Numbered from the stretch's first letter, positions 1 to 11,276 are shown. The stretch is DNA of 64,000 nucleotides from an uncultured Alphaproteobacteria bacterium (GCA_963774715.1 CAVZFX010000003.1:81824-145823), one strand, 5' to 3'. Program-made: numbers and translations. The notes: a model not told the origin generated them from the letters alone.

Positions 1-87
1 GCTGCAATGCCGCATCAGCGTCTGGCGATCCTGCCATGGCCTTCGGACCTTCCTTAGAATGAACGGGCAACGGCCCATTCTGCGGGT

Positions 88-154
88 CGGCAGCTCTGCT
101 GCCGGTTCAGACGGCAGCTCCGCTGCCATTTCCAGACGGCAGCTCACGCTGCCG
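88..154 (-). repeat. Three tandem GGCAGC-N3/4-GCTGCC stem-loops (88-104, 113-127, 137-154) in the leader downstream of rpsO
   Basis: Direct reading. Repeat unit TTC(C)AGACGGCAGCTC(A)CGCTGCC; each copy is a perfect 6-7 bp hairpin. Confidence 0.6.
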
Positions 155-186
155 GGCAATAGCGGAACGCATCCTGCGTGCCGCCT

Positions 187-212
187 ACAAACGCGCGAGA
201 CTTCCCGCGCGC
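187..212 (-). terminator. Hairpin just after the rpsO stop (CGCGCG-8nt-CGCGCG followed by TTTGT on the minus strand); weak terminator or attenuator
   Basis: 6-bp GC stem at 192-197/206-211 and a short T tract. Sits 8 nt after the rpsO stop. Confidence 0.4.
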
Positions 213-219
213 AAACCTT

Positions 220-489
220 TTAGCGGCGAATACCTAGCCGCTCGATCAACTCCTTGTAACGACCATCATTCGTGCGCCGCAGATAATCGAGAATCTGGCG
301 CCGTTGCGACACCAGCTTGAGCAAGCCGCGCCGCGAATGGTTGTCCTTCACATGGGTTTTGAAGTGTTCCGTCAAATTGTTGATCCGCTCCGACAGGAGC
401 GCGACCTGGACTTCAGGCGAACCTGTGTCACCGGATTTGGCGGCGTACGTCTTGATCACTTCCGCTTTACGCGCGGTCGATATCGACAT
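220..489 (-). CDS. rpsO: 30S ribosomal protein S15
   Basis: Translation [13 protein letters not shown]...[38 protein letters not shown] is canonical S15. The start is taken at the second ATG (489). Confidence 0.95.
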   Translation of the reverse strand: MSISTARKAEVIKTYAAKSGDTGSPEVQVALLSERINNLTEHFKTHVKDNHSRRGLLKLVSQRRQILDYLRRTNDGRYKELIERLGIRR

Positions 490-494
490 CGTCA

Positions 495-1502
495 TTAACC
501 TCTTTGTCTTGCGGCACGACCAGCGATGCCGGTTAAATTAAACACGCGGCGGGGAACAATCTCGCCGCGCTCGACCTCGGCAATGGCCAGAAGCTGGCCG
601 CCGGAGGCGACCTGGACCATGCCGCGGAAGATGGAGGCGTCCCGTCCGCGCAACAATACGGCTTGGCCCCTGGCGAGCCTCGCCGCGTCTGCCGGGCTCA
701 CGGCCAGCGCCGGGATGTCGTCCAGCGCGGTCTCGATCGGCAGAAGCGTATCGGCGAGGTGTCCCTCACCGGCGGCCGCTCTATGGCACAAAGCCTCGAC
801 CTGTTCCAGGGGTATCATATCGCCCTCGCCAAAGGGACCGACGCAGCTCCGCCGCAGCGCCGAAACATGGCCAAGGGTGCCTAACGCCCGGCCCAAATCC
901 CGTGCCAGTGAGCGCACATAGGTGCCTTTGCCGCATTCGGCGGTCAGCACGGCATGGTCGGGATCCGGCATTTCGAGCAATTCGAGCCGGTAGATGGTGA
1001 CGGCGCGGGGCGCGAGCTCAACCGTCTCGCCGTCGCGGGCCAGGTCGTATGCCCGTTCGCCGTCGATTTTCACCGCGGAAAAGCGCGGCGGCACCTGTTC
1101 GATGGTGCCGATAAAGCGCGGCAGGAGAGCGGCGATGGCCGCCGCATCGGGACGGGCTTCGCTCGTCGCCACGACGCGCCCTTCGGCATCGTCGGTGTCG
1201 CGCTCCTCGCCCCAGCGAATGGTAAACAGGTAGGTCTTGCGGCTGTCGACGACGAAGGGCACCGTTTTGGTCGCCTCCCCGAGCGCGATCGGCAGGCATC
1301 CCGACGCCAGTGGGTCGAGCGTGCCGGCGTGCCCGGCCCGCTTCGCGCTGTAAAGACGCTTGATGACCGAGACCGCATGCGTCGATGTCATGCCGACCGG
1401 CTTGTCGAGCACGACCCAGCCATGGACGTCGCGCTTGGGCCGCTTCTTCGGCTTTGCCTCTTGTTCCAATCGCTCAGGATGGGCGATTTCCGGCGCGCTC
1501 AT
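495..1502 (-). CDS. truB: tRNA pseudouridine(55) synthase TruB
   Basis: Motif [12 protein letters not shown], and the conserved rbfA-truB-rpsO order. Confidence 0.95.
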   Translation of the reverse strand: MSAPEIAHPERLEQEAKPKKRPKRDVHGWVVLDKPVGMTSTHAVSVIKRLYSAKRAGHAGTLDPLASGCLPIALGEATKTVPFVVDSRKTYLFTIRWGEERDTDDAEGRVVATSEARPDAAAIAALLPRFIGTIEQVPPRFSAVKIDGERAYDLARDGETVELAPRAVTIYRLELLEMPDPDHAVLTAECGKGTYVRSLARDLGRALGTLGHVSALRRSCVGPFGEGDMIPLEQVEALCHRAAAGEGHLADTLLPIETALDDIPALAVSPADAARLARGQAVLLRGRDASIFRGMVQVASGGQLLAIAEVERGEIVPRRVFNLTGIAGRAARQRG

Positions 1503-1930
1503 TGCTCGTCTTTCCCATCATTGGAGCCTTTGTCGCTCAAGTCGCGCTGGACGACAGGCGTCCGCAATAGCTTCTCGATCCGCTCCGCTTCGTCGAACCG
1601 CTCGTCGATGCGGAATCGAATCTCGGGCGCAAACTTCAGGTTTACGCGCCGGGCGATTTCGCCGCGCACGTAACGTTTGTTGCGATCGAGCGCATCGAGC
1701 ACTTCCTTTTCGCCGCGGCCGCCGAGCGGCATGACATAGATCGTCGCCAACCGGAGGTCCGGGCTCATGCGCACTTCCGGAACGGTGATCATGTGCGTTT
1801 CGATAACCGGATCGTGCACTTCGCCACGGGTCAGCATGTCGGCGAATTCATGCCGGATCAACTCGCCGACGCGGAGCTGGCGTTGCGAGCCGCCGGAGGA
1901 CTGATCGCGATGCTGGTGATGGCGAACCAT
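1499..1930 (-). CDS. rbfA: Ribosome-binding factor A
   Basis: [17 protein letters not shown]...YVMPLGG pattern. Its stop overlaps the truB start. Start taken at the internal ATG 1930. Confidence 0.88.
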   Translation of the reverse strand: MVRHHQHRDQSSGGSQRQLRVGELIRHEFADMLTRGEVHDPVIETHMITVPEVRMSPDLRLATIYVMPLGGRGEKEVLDALDRNKRYVRGEIARRVNLKFAPEIRFRIDERFDEAERIEKLLRTPVVQRDLSDKGSNDGKDEQ

Positions 1931-2060
1931 TGTTTTTAGACCGTCATGCGCGGCTTCAACCCGCACATCTTCTTTTCCATATGAGGTATTCTCACCGCCG
2001 GTGTTGCCGGACAAACTCCGGCAATGGCGACGTGGCTGCGCGCGAACGTGAGTATCGAAC

Positions 2061-4652
2061 TCACAGCGTCCGCTGCACGCTCTCCACCCGGTAACATTCG
2101 ATGACGTCGCCGGCCTTCATGTCCTGGTAGTTCTCGAATGCCATGCCGCATTCCTGGCCGGCGACGACTTCGCGCGCGTCGTCCTTGAAGCGCTTGAGCT
2201 GCGACAGCTTGCCCTGGTGGACGACCACGTTGTCGCGAATGAGCCGTACATTGGCGCCGCGTTCGACCGTGCCGTCGGTGACCCGGCAGCCGGCGATATT
2301 GCCGACTTTCGACACCTTGAAGACTTCGAGAACGACGGCGTTGCCGAGCATGGTCTCGCGCAAAGTCGGCGCCAGCAGGCCCGACATCGCCTTTTTCACG
2401 TCGTCGACGAGATTGTAGATGATGTCGTAGTAGCGGATTTCGACGCCAGCCTGCTCGGCGGCCTCGCGCGCCTCTTTGTGAGCGCGAACGTTGAATCCGA
2501 TGAGGGCCGCACCCGAGGCTTCGGCCAGCGTCACGTCGGATTCGGTAATGCCGCCCGCTCCGGCGAAGATGATGCGTGCGGCCACCTCTTCCGTGCCAAG
2601 TTTTTCCAGTGCGCCGACGATCGCTTCGATCGAGCCTTGCACGTCGCCCTTGATCACCAGCGGGAACTCCTTGAGGCCGCTGGTCTTGAGCTGGCTCATC
2701 ATCTGTTCGAGCGAACCGCGCATGCCGGTTTGCCGCGCCGCCTGCTTCTCGCGCTTCTGGCGGTCGCGGTAATCGGCGATCTCGCGGGCGCGGGCCTCAG
2801 TATCGACAACGGCGAGCCGGTCGCCGGCTTCCGGCGTGCCGTTGAAGCCCAAGACTTCGACCGGCATCGAGGGTCCGGCCGCGACGACGGAATGGCCGGT
2901 ATCCGACATCAGCGCCCGCACGCGGCCCCATTCCGAACCGGCAACGACGATGTCGCCGGGCTTGAGCGTGCCGCGCTGGACCAGCACGGTGGCGACCGGA
3001 CCACGGCCGCGGTCAAGCCGCGCCTCGATGACGGTGCCTTCCGCCGGCCGGTTCGGGTTGGCCTTGAGTTCGAGCACCTCGGACTGCAGCGCGATGATGT
3101 CGAGCAGCTTGTCGAGATTGATTTTTTCCTTCGCCGATACTTCGAGCTCGAGCACGTCGCCGCCCAGCGACTCGACCTGAATCTCGTGCTGCAGCAATTC
3201 CGTACGCACCCGCTCCGGTTTGGCGTCGGGCTTGTCGATTTTGTTGATGGCGACGATGATCGGCACCTTCGCCGCCTTGGCATGCTGAATGGCTTCGACC
3301 GTCTGCGGCATGACGCCGTCGTCGGCGGCGACCACCAGCACGACGATATCCGTGACCCGGGCGCCGCGGGCGCGCATCGCCGTAAATGCGGCATGGCCCG
3401 GCGTATCGATAAAGGTGACGCGGCCGCCTGACGGCGAGGTTACCTGATAAGCGCCGATATGCTGGGTGATGCCGCCGGCCTCGCCGGCCGCGACTTCGGT
3501 CGAGCGAATGGCGTCGAGGAGCGAAGTCTTGCCATGGTCGACATGACCCATGATGGTGACGACCGGCGCGCGCGGTTGCAGGCTCTCCGGACTGTCGGCG
3601 GCATCGAACATGCCTTCCTCGACGTCCGACTCGGCGACGCGCCGCACGGTGTGCCCAAGCTCTTCCGCGATCAGCTGTGCGGTATCGGCGTCGATCGTAT
3701 CGGTGATCTTCGCCATGTGACCCTGCTGCATCAGGATGCGGATCACGTCGACGGCGCGTTCGGCCATGCGATTGGCCAATTCCTGGATCGTGATGGTCTC
3801 GGGGATCGTCACTTCGCGGGCGATCTTTTCCTTCGGCTCATCGCGATGGCCGGTCATGCGTTGCACGCGGCGGCGGAATGAGGCGACCGAGCGTTCGCGT
3901 ACTTCGTCGGCGGAAAGCGCGGTCACGACGGTGAGGCGTCCGCGGCGCTTTTCGCCGACGTTGCGCGTCGGTTTTGGCGCCGGCGCCGGCCGCGGCGCGG
4001 CGGTGCCGCCGCGGCGGGGAGTGCGTGGAGCTTCCTCCTCGTCGGCTTCGAGCGCGGGACGCGCGCCTGGCTTTGCTGCGGTTGTCACATCGGCGCCAAA
4101 ACGCTTTTTGGCGACCTCGTCAGCCTTGCGCTTGGTTTCCTCGTCGTGCTTACGACGGACTTCCTCATTGACCTTGCGGGCTTCGGCTGCCGCACGTTCG
4201 GCACGTTCAGATTCCTCGCGCGTTCGCCGGACGCGGGCCTCTTCCTCGGCGCGCTCGCGCTCCTCGGTTTCGCGCAGTCGTGCGTCGGCAAGCGCATGCG
4301 CGCGCGCATTCCGCTCGTCATCGGTGAGCGTGCGCAGCACGACGCCGGAAGATTTTGGGGCGATTGCAGGGGCGGCGGTGGCCGGAGCCGCCGCGGCTGC
4401 TGCTTTGGCCGGCGCAGCGGCGCGCTTCGGGGCGGCGCCACGGTCGGGCGCCGCCGCTGGTTCGGCTTTGAACTCGCCCGGGCCAGCGACGCGGCGTTTG
4501 ACCTTCTCGACCACGACCGCCTTGCTGCGGCCATGGCTGAAGCTCTGGCGCACCACGCCCTGTTCGACGCCGCCACGTTTGAGCGTCAGCGTCTTGGCTG
4601 GGGTCACGCTCAGCTTCTCGCCGCTATTTTTGGTCGTCTCAGTCATTCGCAT
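2061..4652 (-). CDS. infB: Translation initiation factor IF-2
   Basis: 863 aa. G-domain [12 protein letters not shown] / DTPGH / NKID, with an Ala/Arg/Glu-rich N-terminal region. Confidence 0.97.
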   Translation of the reverse strand: MRMTETTKNSGEKLSVTPAKTLTLKRGGVEQGVVRQSFSHGRSKAVVVEKVKRRVAGPGEFKAEPAAAPDRGAAPKRAAAPAKAAAAAAPATAAPAIAPKSSGVVLRTLTDDERNARAHALADARLRETEERERAEEEARVRRTREESERAERAAAEARKVNEEVRRKHDEETKRKADEVAKKRFGADVTTAAKPGARPALEADEEEAPRTPRRGGTAAPRPAPAPKPTRNVGEKRRGRLTVVTALSADEVRERSVASFRRRVQRMTGHRDEPKEKIAREVTIPETITIQELANRMAERAVDVIRILMQQGHMAKITDTIDADTAQLIAEELGHTVRRVAESDVEEGMFDAADSPESLQPRAPVVTIMGHVDHGKTSLLDAIRSTEVAAGEAGGITQHIGAYQVTSPSGGRVTFIDTPGHAAFTAMRARGARVTDIVVLVVAADDGVMPQTVEAIQHAKAAKVPIIVAINKIDKPDAKPERVRTELLQHEIQVESLGGDVLELEVSAKEKINLDKLLDIIALQSEVLELKANPNRPAEGTVIEARLDRGRGPVATVLVQRGTLKPGDIVVAGSEWGRVRALMSDTGHSVVAAGPSMPVEVLGFNGTPEAGDRLAVVDTEARAREIADYRDRQKREKQAARQTGMRGSLEQMMSQLKTSGLKEFPLVIKGDVQGSIEAIVGALEKLGTEEVAARIIFAGAGGITESDVTLAEASGAALIGFNVRAHKEAREAAEQAGVEIRYYDIIYNLVDDVKKAMSGLLAPTLRETMLGNAVVLEVFKVSKVGNIAGCRVTDGTVERGANVRLIRDNVVVHQGKLSQLKRFKDDAREVVAGQECGMAFENYQDMKAGDVIECYRVESVQRTL

Positions 4653-4770
4653 CCAATTCCATACACACCGACGGCCTCGGCCAGCTTAATTCGGCACCGC
4701 GCTGCCGGCCTTTTGGCCAAAATCACCGGTCCGAAACCGTTCCAAGCGCTGCAAACGCGCCAAAACCGTG

Positions 4771-5352
4771 TCACTCGAAGGCCCGGCGAGCAGGGCTGCA
4801 TGTACCACATTTGGGCGTCCTAGTGCCAAATCCAATTGTTCGGAGGTCAAGATTCGGATCACGGGGATCGAGTTCGGCCTGGGGGGCTCGGCGCAGGGCC
4901 GAATCGAGCTTCCTGACCCCATCGGCCGCGGCTTCGGACGCATGCAGGAGCGCCGCCACGTCTTCATGCTCCAGGGCTGCCTCGACTTTGGCAAAACCGG
5001 CAACGACCAGGGAGGCTTTGCCGGCAATCGCCAGAGCCTCGAGGGCCGATCGCACGAGGAGCTGCTCGGTACGCGCTACCAAATCAGCGGGCAGCCGAAC
5101 GTCTCGCTTAAAGCCGCGCCCGAAGGCTTTGCGCTTAATGGCGTCCTCAAGGGCGTTCTGCGTCGCTGTGACCCAGACGCCGCGCCCGGGCAGCTTGTGC
5201 TTGAGGTCGGGAACCGCCTCGCCATCCGGCCCGATGACGAACCGGATCAAATCCGCGACCGGCCGCACCGTGCGCGTCGCGACGCACATGCGTTCGACGC
5301 CACGATCGCGTGGTCCGCGGTCCAGTTCGGTCTCGGTCGGCTGCATGGTCAT
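4771..5352 (-). CDS. YlxR/DUF448-type RNA-binding protein with L7Ae-like C-terminal part
   Basis: RMCVATRTVRPVADLIRFV...LPGRGVWV motif. Lies between nusA and infB. The start is uncertain (5352 or 5346). Confidence 0.8.
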   Translation of the reverse strand: MTMQPTETELDRGPRDRGVERMCVATRTVRPVADLIRFVIGPDGEAVPDLKHKLPGRGVWVTATQNALEDAIKRKAFGRGFKRDVRLPADLVARTEQLLVRSALEALAIAGKASLVVAGFAKVEAALEHEDVAALLHASEAAADGVRKLDSALRRAPQAELDPRDPNLDLRTIGFGTRTPKCGTCSPARRAFE

Positions 5353-5374
5353 GCTTTCGTAATACGACTCCGCT

Positions 5375-6982
5375 CTAAGGCTGCACTTCGGCCGCCGGCG
5401 CTTCTTCGACCACAGGCGGTGGAGCGAGATCGGCTTCACTCACCCAGCCGGCCTTAAGCCGCGCTTGCATGATGAGCGCCTCGGCCTCCTCGCGCGACAA
5501 TTCGAAGCCGTCGAGAATGCCGGCCTGCCGGACGGCTTCGCCGTCCTTGCGTTCGGTCCAGCCAGCAAGGTCGTCGGTCGCGCAACCGGCAAGGTCCTCG
5601 ACCGTCTTGATGCCGTTTTCGCCGAACCGCACCAGCATCGCCGTGGTGACGCCCTCGACGTCTCTGAGCGCGTCTTCGACGCCGAGCTCCGTGCGCTTGG
5701 CATCCATCTCGGCTTCGATCTTGTCGAGGTATTCGCGGGCGCGGGTCTGCAATTCGGCGGCGGTGTCGTCGTCGAAACCCTCAATGCTGGCAATCTCTTT
5801 GGTGTCGACCATCGCCAGTTCCTCGACCGAGTTAAAGCCCTCCGAAGCCAAGAGCTGTCCGATGACTTCGTCGACATTGAGCGTGTCGATGAACATGCGC
5901 GTGCGGTTCTCGAATTCGGCCTGGCGCCGTTCGGATTCCTCCTGCTCGGTCAGGATGTCGATGTCCCAGCCGGTGAGCTGCGAGGCGAGACGGACGTTCT
6001 GACCGCGCCGGCCGATGGCGAGCGAGAGCTGCTGGTCTGGAACGACGACTTCGATACGCTCGCGCTCTTCGTCGAGCACGACTTTAGCGACTTCGGCGGG
6101 CGCCAGCGCGTTGACCACGAACGTGGCGATATCGTGCGACCACGGGATAATGTCGATCTTCTCGCCCTGCAGCTCGTTGACCACCGCCTGGACGCGCGAG
6201 CCGCGCATGCCGACGCAGGCGCCGACCGGATCGACAGAGGAATCGCGTGACACGACCGCGATCTTGGCGCGCGAGCCCGGATCGCGGGCGACCGCCTTGA
6301 CCTCGACGATGCCGTCATAGATTTCCGGCACTTCCTGCGCAAACAGTTTCGCCATGAATTGCGGATGGGTGCGGGACAGGAAAATCTGCGGTCCGCGCTG
6401 CTCGCGCCGCACGTCGTAGATATAGGCGCGGATGCGGTCACCGTTGCGGAACACCTCGCGCGGCAGCATTTCGTCGCGCCGCACGATCGCTTCGCCGCGG
6501 CCAAGGTCGACCACCACGTTGCCGTATTCGACGCGCTTGACGATGCCGTTGACGATGTCGCCGATGCGATCCTTATATTCGTCGTATTGCCGGTCGCGCT
6601 CAGCCTCGCGCACCTTTTGCACGATGACTTGCTTTGCCGATTGCGCCGCAATCCGCCCATACTCAAGCGGCGGCAGCGGGTCGGCGATGGTGTCGCCGAT
6701 CTGCGCGGCGGGGTGGCGGCGGCGGGCATCGTCGAGGCTGATCTGTGTCGCCGAAGTTTCCACCGTATCGACCACCAGCATGTGCCGCGACAGATGCAGC
6801 TCGCCGCTTTTCGGGTCGATCTCGGCGCGGACCTCGGTTTCGCTGCCGTAACGGGAGCGTGCGGCCTTGGCGATGGCGTCTTCCATGGCGCCGAGCACGA
6901 TGCGCCGGTCGATCGCCTTTTCGCGGGCGACGGCGTCGGCGATCTGCAACAGTTCGAGCTTGTTGGCGCTTACGGTCGCCAT
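5375..6982 (-). CDS. nusA: Transcription termination/antitermination factor NusA
   Basis: 535 aa with S1 + KH architecture (GDIVNGIVKRVEYGNVVVDLG; LSLAIGRRGQNVRLASQLTGW) and a C-terminal acidic repeat region. Confidence 0.97.
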   Translation of the reverse strand: MATVSANKLELLQIADAVAREKAIDRRIVLGAMEDAIAKAARSRYGSETEVRAEIDPKSGELHLSRHMLVVDTVETSATQISLDDARRRHPAAQIGDTIADPLPPLEYGRIAAQSAKQVIVQKVREAERDRQYDEYKDRIGDIVNGIVKRVEYGNVVVDLGRGEAIVRRDEMLPREVFRNGDRIRAYIYDVRREQRGPQIFLSRTHPQFMAKLFAQEVPEIYDGIVEVKAVARDPGSRAKIAVVSRDSSVDPVGACVGMRGSRVQAVVNELQGEKIDIIPWSHDIATFVVNALAPAEVAKVVLDEERERIEVVVPDQQLSLAIGRRGQNVRLASQLTGWDIDILTEQEESERRQAEFENRTRMFIDTLNVDEVIGQLLASEGFNSVEELAMVDTKEIASIEGFDDDTAAELQTRAREYLDKIEAEMDAKRTELGVEDALRDVEGVTTAMLVRFGENGIKTVEDLAGCATDDLAGWTERKDGEAVRQAGILDGFELSREEAEALIMQARLKAGWVSEADLAPPPVVEEAPAAEVQP

Positions 6983-6985
6983 CTG

Positions 6986-7576
6986 TCAGTCTCCCTTGCG
7001 TTGGTTGTGCTTGCTCTTGCGCAGCGATTCGGAAATGAGCGCGTCGGTAAGAACAAGTTTAGCTTCCGTCATGTCGTCGATTGGCAGTAAGATTTCGGAA
7101 TTTGCATCGGCCGCCGCGTCAGTGCGGCGGATGCGCGCCGAGCCGCCATCGGTGCCTGCTAATTCGCCGCGGAACCGGCGCCGGCCGTCGACCGGCGCCT
7201 GCATTTCCACGTGCGCCACGTGGCCGGCATAGCGGTCGAAGTCCGAGCGCCGCACCAGCGGCCGGTCGATGCCGGGCGACGAAATCTCCAGCCGATAGGC
7301 GCCTTCGATCGGATCGGCGACGTCGAGCACCGGCGACAGTGCCCGCGATGCGGTTTCGCAGTCCTCAACCGCCATGGTGCCGTCCGGACGTTCGGCCATG
7401 ATCTGAACGGTGCAGCCGGCGAAGGCCGAGATGCGGACCCGAACGAGCCGATAGCCGAGCGCCGCGAGCACCGGTTCGGCCAGTGCAGCGACACGCGCCG
7501 CCCGTCCCGGCTCGGTGATGAGCCGCGGCTCGTCGGCAAAATTCGTCAGCGCAATGTTCGTCGGCCTGTCGTCCAT
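6986..7576 (-). CDS. rimP: Ribosome maturation factor RimP
   Basis: [14 protein letters not shown] motif. First gene of the nusA operon. Confidence 0.9.
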   Translation of the reverse strand: MDDRPTNIALTNFADEPRLITEPGRAARVAALAEPVLAALGYRLVRVRISAFAGCTVQIMAERPDGTMAVEDCETASRALSPVLDVADPIEGAYRLEISSPGIDRPLVRRSDFDRYAGHVAHVEMQAPVDGRRRFRGELAGTDGGSARIRRTDAAADANSEILLPIDDMTEAKLVLTDALISESLRKSKHNQRKGD

Positions 7577-7922
7577 GCTGTTCGGCTATCGATCCCGCAT
7601 CAAGTGGACTGCAAAACGCCGCCTGGCCTCAGGTAATAAAAAAGAGCGGGCCCCGGGGGGAACCCACTCTCAAAACCGCTCGGATCATCCGACCGTTATG
7701 AGGTATCCATGACGGATGGGCCAAATATAGCGGGTTATCGTGCACTTGCAAGGGCTACCGGAGGCTCATCTGACCATCGCTAGGCGGCGTTTGGAAGCCC
7801 AGTTTCCGCATCCTGAACGCGCCGTCCGGCGCGTCGGTCCCGATCGCAAGCTTTCATTCAGAATTGCTGAATTATTCTGCCGCAAGGGCACCGCATAATT
7901 CACGCAGAGTGGTGGATCGAGA

Positions 7923-9008
7923 ATGGGTGCCGCCATCTCGCTTATTCCTGAGCTTGAAGACGTCCTGCAGCACGGCTCGCGGCATAAGCGCGCCGAGGCC
8001 TTGCGGCGCGTGACCGCGCTGTTTCTCGACGGCGCAGGCAGCTACAGCGACGCCCATGTCGAGCTGTTCGACGACGTCTTCGCGCTGCTCATTGCGGAAA
8101 TCGAAAACAAGGCGCGTGCCGAGCTTTCCTTTTGCCTGGCTCCGGTCAGCAATGCCCCGATCAAGGTACTGCGCATGTTGGCCGGTGACGACGACATTGC
8201 CGTCGCCGGACCGGTGCTCAAACTGGCGCCTCGCCTCGCCGAGGCCGATCTCGTCGATCTCGCCCAAACCAAGAGTCAGGGCCACCTGCAGGCGATTTCC
8301 GCGCGAAAGGTGCTGGGCGAGGCGGTCACCGACGTTCTGGTGCGGCGTGGCGATCGCGAGGTCGTGCGCAGCGTCGCCGGCAATCGCGGCGCGCGTATTT
8401 CCGAAACGGGCTTCTGCCGTCTCGTCGAGCGCGCCGAAAATGACGGCATCCTTGCCGAGAAGGTCGGGCAGCGCCCCGATATTCCGCCGCAACTGTTTCG
8501 CGAATTGCTGATCCGAGCCACCGCGGTCGTGCATGAACGGTTGCTCGCTTCGGCAACTCCCGAATTGCGGGCTGAAATTCGCCGCGTCCTGGAAAAAGTC
8601 TCCGATGAAGTCGGCGCGCGCGTCGGTCCCCGCGATTATCGAGCCGCGCAGCGCTTGGTGCTCAGGATGCACCGGGCGGGCGACATGAATGAGGCCGCAT
8701 TGGCGGCATTCGCCGGCGACGGCAAATACGAAGAGACGGTCGTGGCGTTGGCGGCGCTCTCCAAGGTGCCGATCGCCGTCGCCGACCGGCTGATGGCCGG
8801 CGAACGGCCCGATCCGGTGCTGATTCTCTGCAAGGCCGCCGGCCTGAACTGGTCGACGGTGCGATCCGTCATCACACTTTGTCCCGACGGCCGGCCGCCG
8901 TCGAGCTTCGGCATCGATACTGCCTTTGCCAATTATGAGCGACTGTCCGCCTCGACCGCGCGACGCGTCGTGCGATTCTGGCAGGTGCAGCAAAACCCGA
9001 AAGATTAA
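7923..9008 (+). CDS. DUF2336-like conserved hypothetical protein
   Basis: 361-aa helical-repeat protein. The family assignment is from memory of Bradyrhizobium-type homologues. Codon usage looks coding; the antisense ORF 7872-8993 is rejected. Confidence 0.65.
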   Translation: MGAAISLIPELEDVLQHGSRHKRAEALRRVTALFLDGAGSYSDAHVELFDDVFALLIAEIENKARAELSFCLAPVSNAPIKVLRMLAGDDDIAVAGPVLKLAPRLAEADLVDLAQTKSQGHLQAISARKVLGEAVTDVLVRRGDREVVRSVAGNRGARISETGFCRLVERAENDGILAEKVGQRPDIPPQLFRELLIRATAVVHERLLASATPELRAEIRRVLEKVSDEVGARVGPRDYRAAQRLVLRMHRAGDMNEAALAAFAGDGKYEETVVALAALSKVPIAVADRLMAGERPDPVLILCKAAGLNWSTVRSVITLCPDGRPPSSFGIDTAFANYERLSASTARRVVRFWQVQQNPKD

Positions 9009-9062
9009 AGTCGCAATATCGGGATGCTCCGATCATCTCGCCGGCGTTCGGTTGTTCGATAT

Positions 9063-9785
9063 TCAAACTCGTCGAAAGGTCAGAAAGCACGACATCCGAT
9101 CCTCGCGTGCCGCCTTGGCATGATAGCGCGTTGCAGTGAAGCCCGGCCAAGGCTTGCGCCAGTCGTCGGCGGATTCGGCGGTCCATGCAAAGTCCGGCGA
9201 CCGCAGGAATCGCTGCAGCGTCCAGGCGGCATAATCGGCAATGTCGGTGACAAAGCGAAACTCGCCGCCTGGCCGGAGGATGCGCCCGAGCTGCGCCAGC
9301 ATCGCGTCTTGCACGAAGCGGCGCTTCCAATGCCGCCGTTTCGGCCACGGATCGGGGTGAATCAAATCGATCCGCGCCAATGACCCTTCGGGTAGCCAAG
9401 CGATCAAGCCGGCGGCGTCGTCGAAATGCAGACGTATATTGCGCAGCCCGTTGCTTTCGATGGCGGCGAGCGCCTTGGCCATGCCGTTGACGAACGGCTC
9501 CACGCCGATAAATCCGACGTCCGCCTGCTCGCGGGCTCGCGCGATCATCGATTCGCCGCCGCCGAAGCCGATGTCCAGATCAACCGTCTTGATCGGGACC
9601 GCAAACAGCTCGCGAAGCTCAGCGGGCGCCGGATGCGAAAGATCGAGCGCCAGCCGCGGCAGGAGCGTCGCAAACAGCCGCTCCTGATTGGGGCGCAGCC
9701 GGTGCCCTTTGCGCCGCCCAAAAAAGGCGCGCGACTGTCGTTCGCTGCCGTTCGTCACTGCCATGCCCCGCGCAAAGCGAAGCAT
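9063..9785 (-). CDS. trmB: tRNA (guanine46-N7)-methyltransferase
   Basis: DIGFGGGES...HPDPWPKRRHWKRRF motifs. Confidence 0.9.
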   Translation of the reverse strand: MLRFARGMAVTNGSERQSRAFFGRRKGHRLRPNQERLFATLLPRLALDLSHPAPAELRELFAVPIKTVDLDIGFGGGESMIARAREQADVGFIGVEPFVNGMAKALAAIESNGLRNIRLHFDDAAGLIAWLPEGSLARIDLIHPDPWPKRRHWKRRFVQDAMLAQLGRILRPGGEFRFVTDIADYAAWTLQRFLRSPDFAWTAESADDWRKPWPGFTATRYHAKAAREDRMSCFLTFRRV

Positions 9786-9867
9786 CCAGTAAATACCGGT
9801 CGAGCCGAAATTGCACTGCGTGCTGCCTAGTCGGATCCAGCGAGCGCTGGATCACGGACGGCAAGGT

Positions 9868-11142
9868 TCAGCGCAGCGCGCGCTTGAGCGCATCCGCAAG
9901 ATCGGTTCGCTCCCAGGAAAAGCCGCCGTCCTTTTCCGGAGCGCGGCCGAAATGGCCGTAAGCCGCGGTCCGCCGATAAATCGGCCGGCTGAGCTTGAGC
10001 GCGCGGCGGATATTGGTCGGGCGCAGCGGAAACAATTCGGGCAGGAGTTTCTGCAGCTTGGCTTCTTCGACTTTGCCGGTACCATGAGTGTCGACCAGGA
10101 GCGACATCGGATCAGCGACGCCGATCGCATAGGCGATCTGAATGGTACAGCGCTCGGCGAGGCCGGCGGCGACGACATTTTTGGCCAGATAGCGCGCCGC
10201 ATAGGCGGCCGAACGATCGACTTTGGTCGGATCTTTGCCGGAAAACGCACCGCCGCCATGCGGCGCATAGCCGCCGTAAGTGTCGACAATGATTTTCCGC
10301 CCGGTCAGGCCGCAATCCCCATCGGGTCCGCCGATGACGAAATTGCCCGTCGGATTAACCAGGAAATCGCTCGACTTCTTCGGCATCCAGCCTTTTGGCA
10401 GGGCCGAAGCGACGGTGTCCTCGATCATGTCCCGCACCATGCTCGGCGAATACTTCTTGCCGTTGCGGGTCTGCGCATTGTGCTGAGTCGAGACCACCAC
10501 TTTGGTGCAGCCGACCGGCTCGCCCTCGACGTATTTCACGGTGACCTGACTTTTGGCGTCAGGCTGCAAATCGAATAGAGCGCCCGAGCGGCGCTTGTCC
10601 GACAGCACCTTGAGAATCTTATGCGCGAAATAGATCGGCGCCGGCATGAACGAGCCTTTTTCGTGGACTTCGCTCTCGGTGCAGGCAAAACCGAACATCA
10701 TGCCCTGATCGCCGGCGCCTTCCTGTTCGCCGTTCTTTTTCTTCTTGGCGTCGACGCCCATGGCAATGTCCGGCGACTGGCCGTGGAGCAGCACCTCCAC
10801 GTCGGCGCCATAAAACGAGAAGCCCTCCTGGTCGTAACCGATGTCTTTGACGACGCCGCGCGCGATCTCGGCGATCATCTCGCGATTGACCACCGCCTTC
10901 TCGCCGTGCTTGTGAAACAGCGGCGCCTGGCCGCGACCCTCGCCGGCGACGATGATCTTGTTGGTGGTGCACAGCGTCTCGCAGCCAAGCCGCGTATTGA
11001 CGGCGCTGTCGTCGGCGATGCCGAGCTTAATGTCGTTCTCGATGAAGGCATCGAGCACGGCGTCTGAAATTTGGTCGCAGACTTTGTCGGGATGACCTTC
11101 CGACACTGACTCGCTGGTGAACAGGTAGTTGGCGCGTGGCAC
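9868..11142 (-). CDS. metK: S-adenosylmethionine synthetase
   Basis: [18 protein letters not shown] and [19 protein letters not shown] motifs. GTG at 11142 has an AGGGAG RBS 8 nt upstream; the longest ORF starts at ATG 11160. Confidence 0.95.
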   Translation of the reverse strand: MPRANYLFTSESVSEGHPDKVCDQISDAVLDAFIENDIKLGIADDSAVNTRLGCETLCTTNKIIVAGEGRGQAPLFHKHGEKAVVNREMIAEIARGVVKDIGYDQEGFSFYGADVEVLLHGQSPDIAMGVDAKKKKNGEQEGAGDQGMMFGFACTESEVHEKGSFMPAPIYFAHKILKVLSDKRRSGALFDLQPDAKSQVTVKYVEGEPVGCTKVVVSTQHNAQTRNGKKYSPSMVRDMIEDTVASALPKGWMPKKSSDFLVNPTGNFVIGGPDGDCGLTGRKIIVDTYGGYAPHGGGAFSGKDPTKVDRSAAYAARYLAKNVVAAGLAERCTIQIAYAIGVADPMSLLVDTHGTGKVEEAKLQKLLPELFPLRPTNIRRALKLSRPIYRRTAAYGHFGRAPEKDGGFSWERTDLADALKRALR

Positions 11143-11186
11143 GGCGAAACACTCCCTCATAACCGGCCTCGAATTTACGGGCCTTA

Positions 11187-11235
11187 GAGCATGATCCCAA
11201 AAAGCGGTAACCTGTTTTGGGATAAGATCACGCTC
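11187..11235. repeat. REP/MITE-like imperfect palindrome GAGCATGATCCCAAAA...TTTTGGGATAAGATCACGCTC
   Basis: Inverted repeat read directly. It resembles a palindromic intergenic repeat class common in Nitrobacteraceae genomes. Confidence 0.6.
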
Positions 11236-11258
11236 AAATCAACAATCTAAACCGCGAC

Positions 11259-11276
11259 CCGATTCAATTGAATCGG
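11259..11276. repeat. Perfect 18-bp palindrome CCGATTCAATTGAATCGG containing two GANTC sites
   Basis: Read directly in the metK upstream region. Confidence 0.6.

Noticed and set aside
1-37. Partial minus-strand ORF (MAGSPDADAALQ…) with a good RBS, expected by synteny to be pnp.
   Set aside because: Only 12 codons are visible and they do not resemble a PNPase N-terminus. That is too little to call a feature.
7577-7922. Search for a tRNA (metY-like) or structured RNA upstream of rimP-nusA, and a small palindrome TTCAGAATTGCTGAA near 7860.
   Set aside because: No cloverleaf could be folded. The palindrome is short and unique in the window, which is insufficient support.
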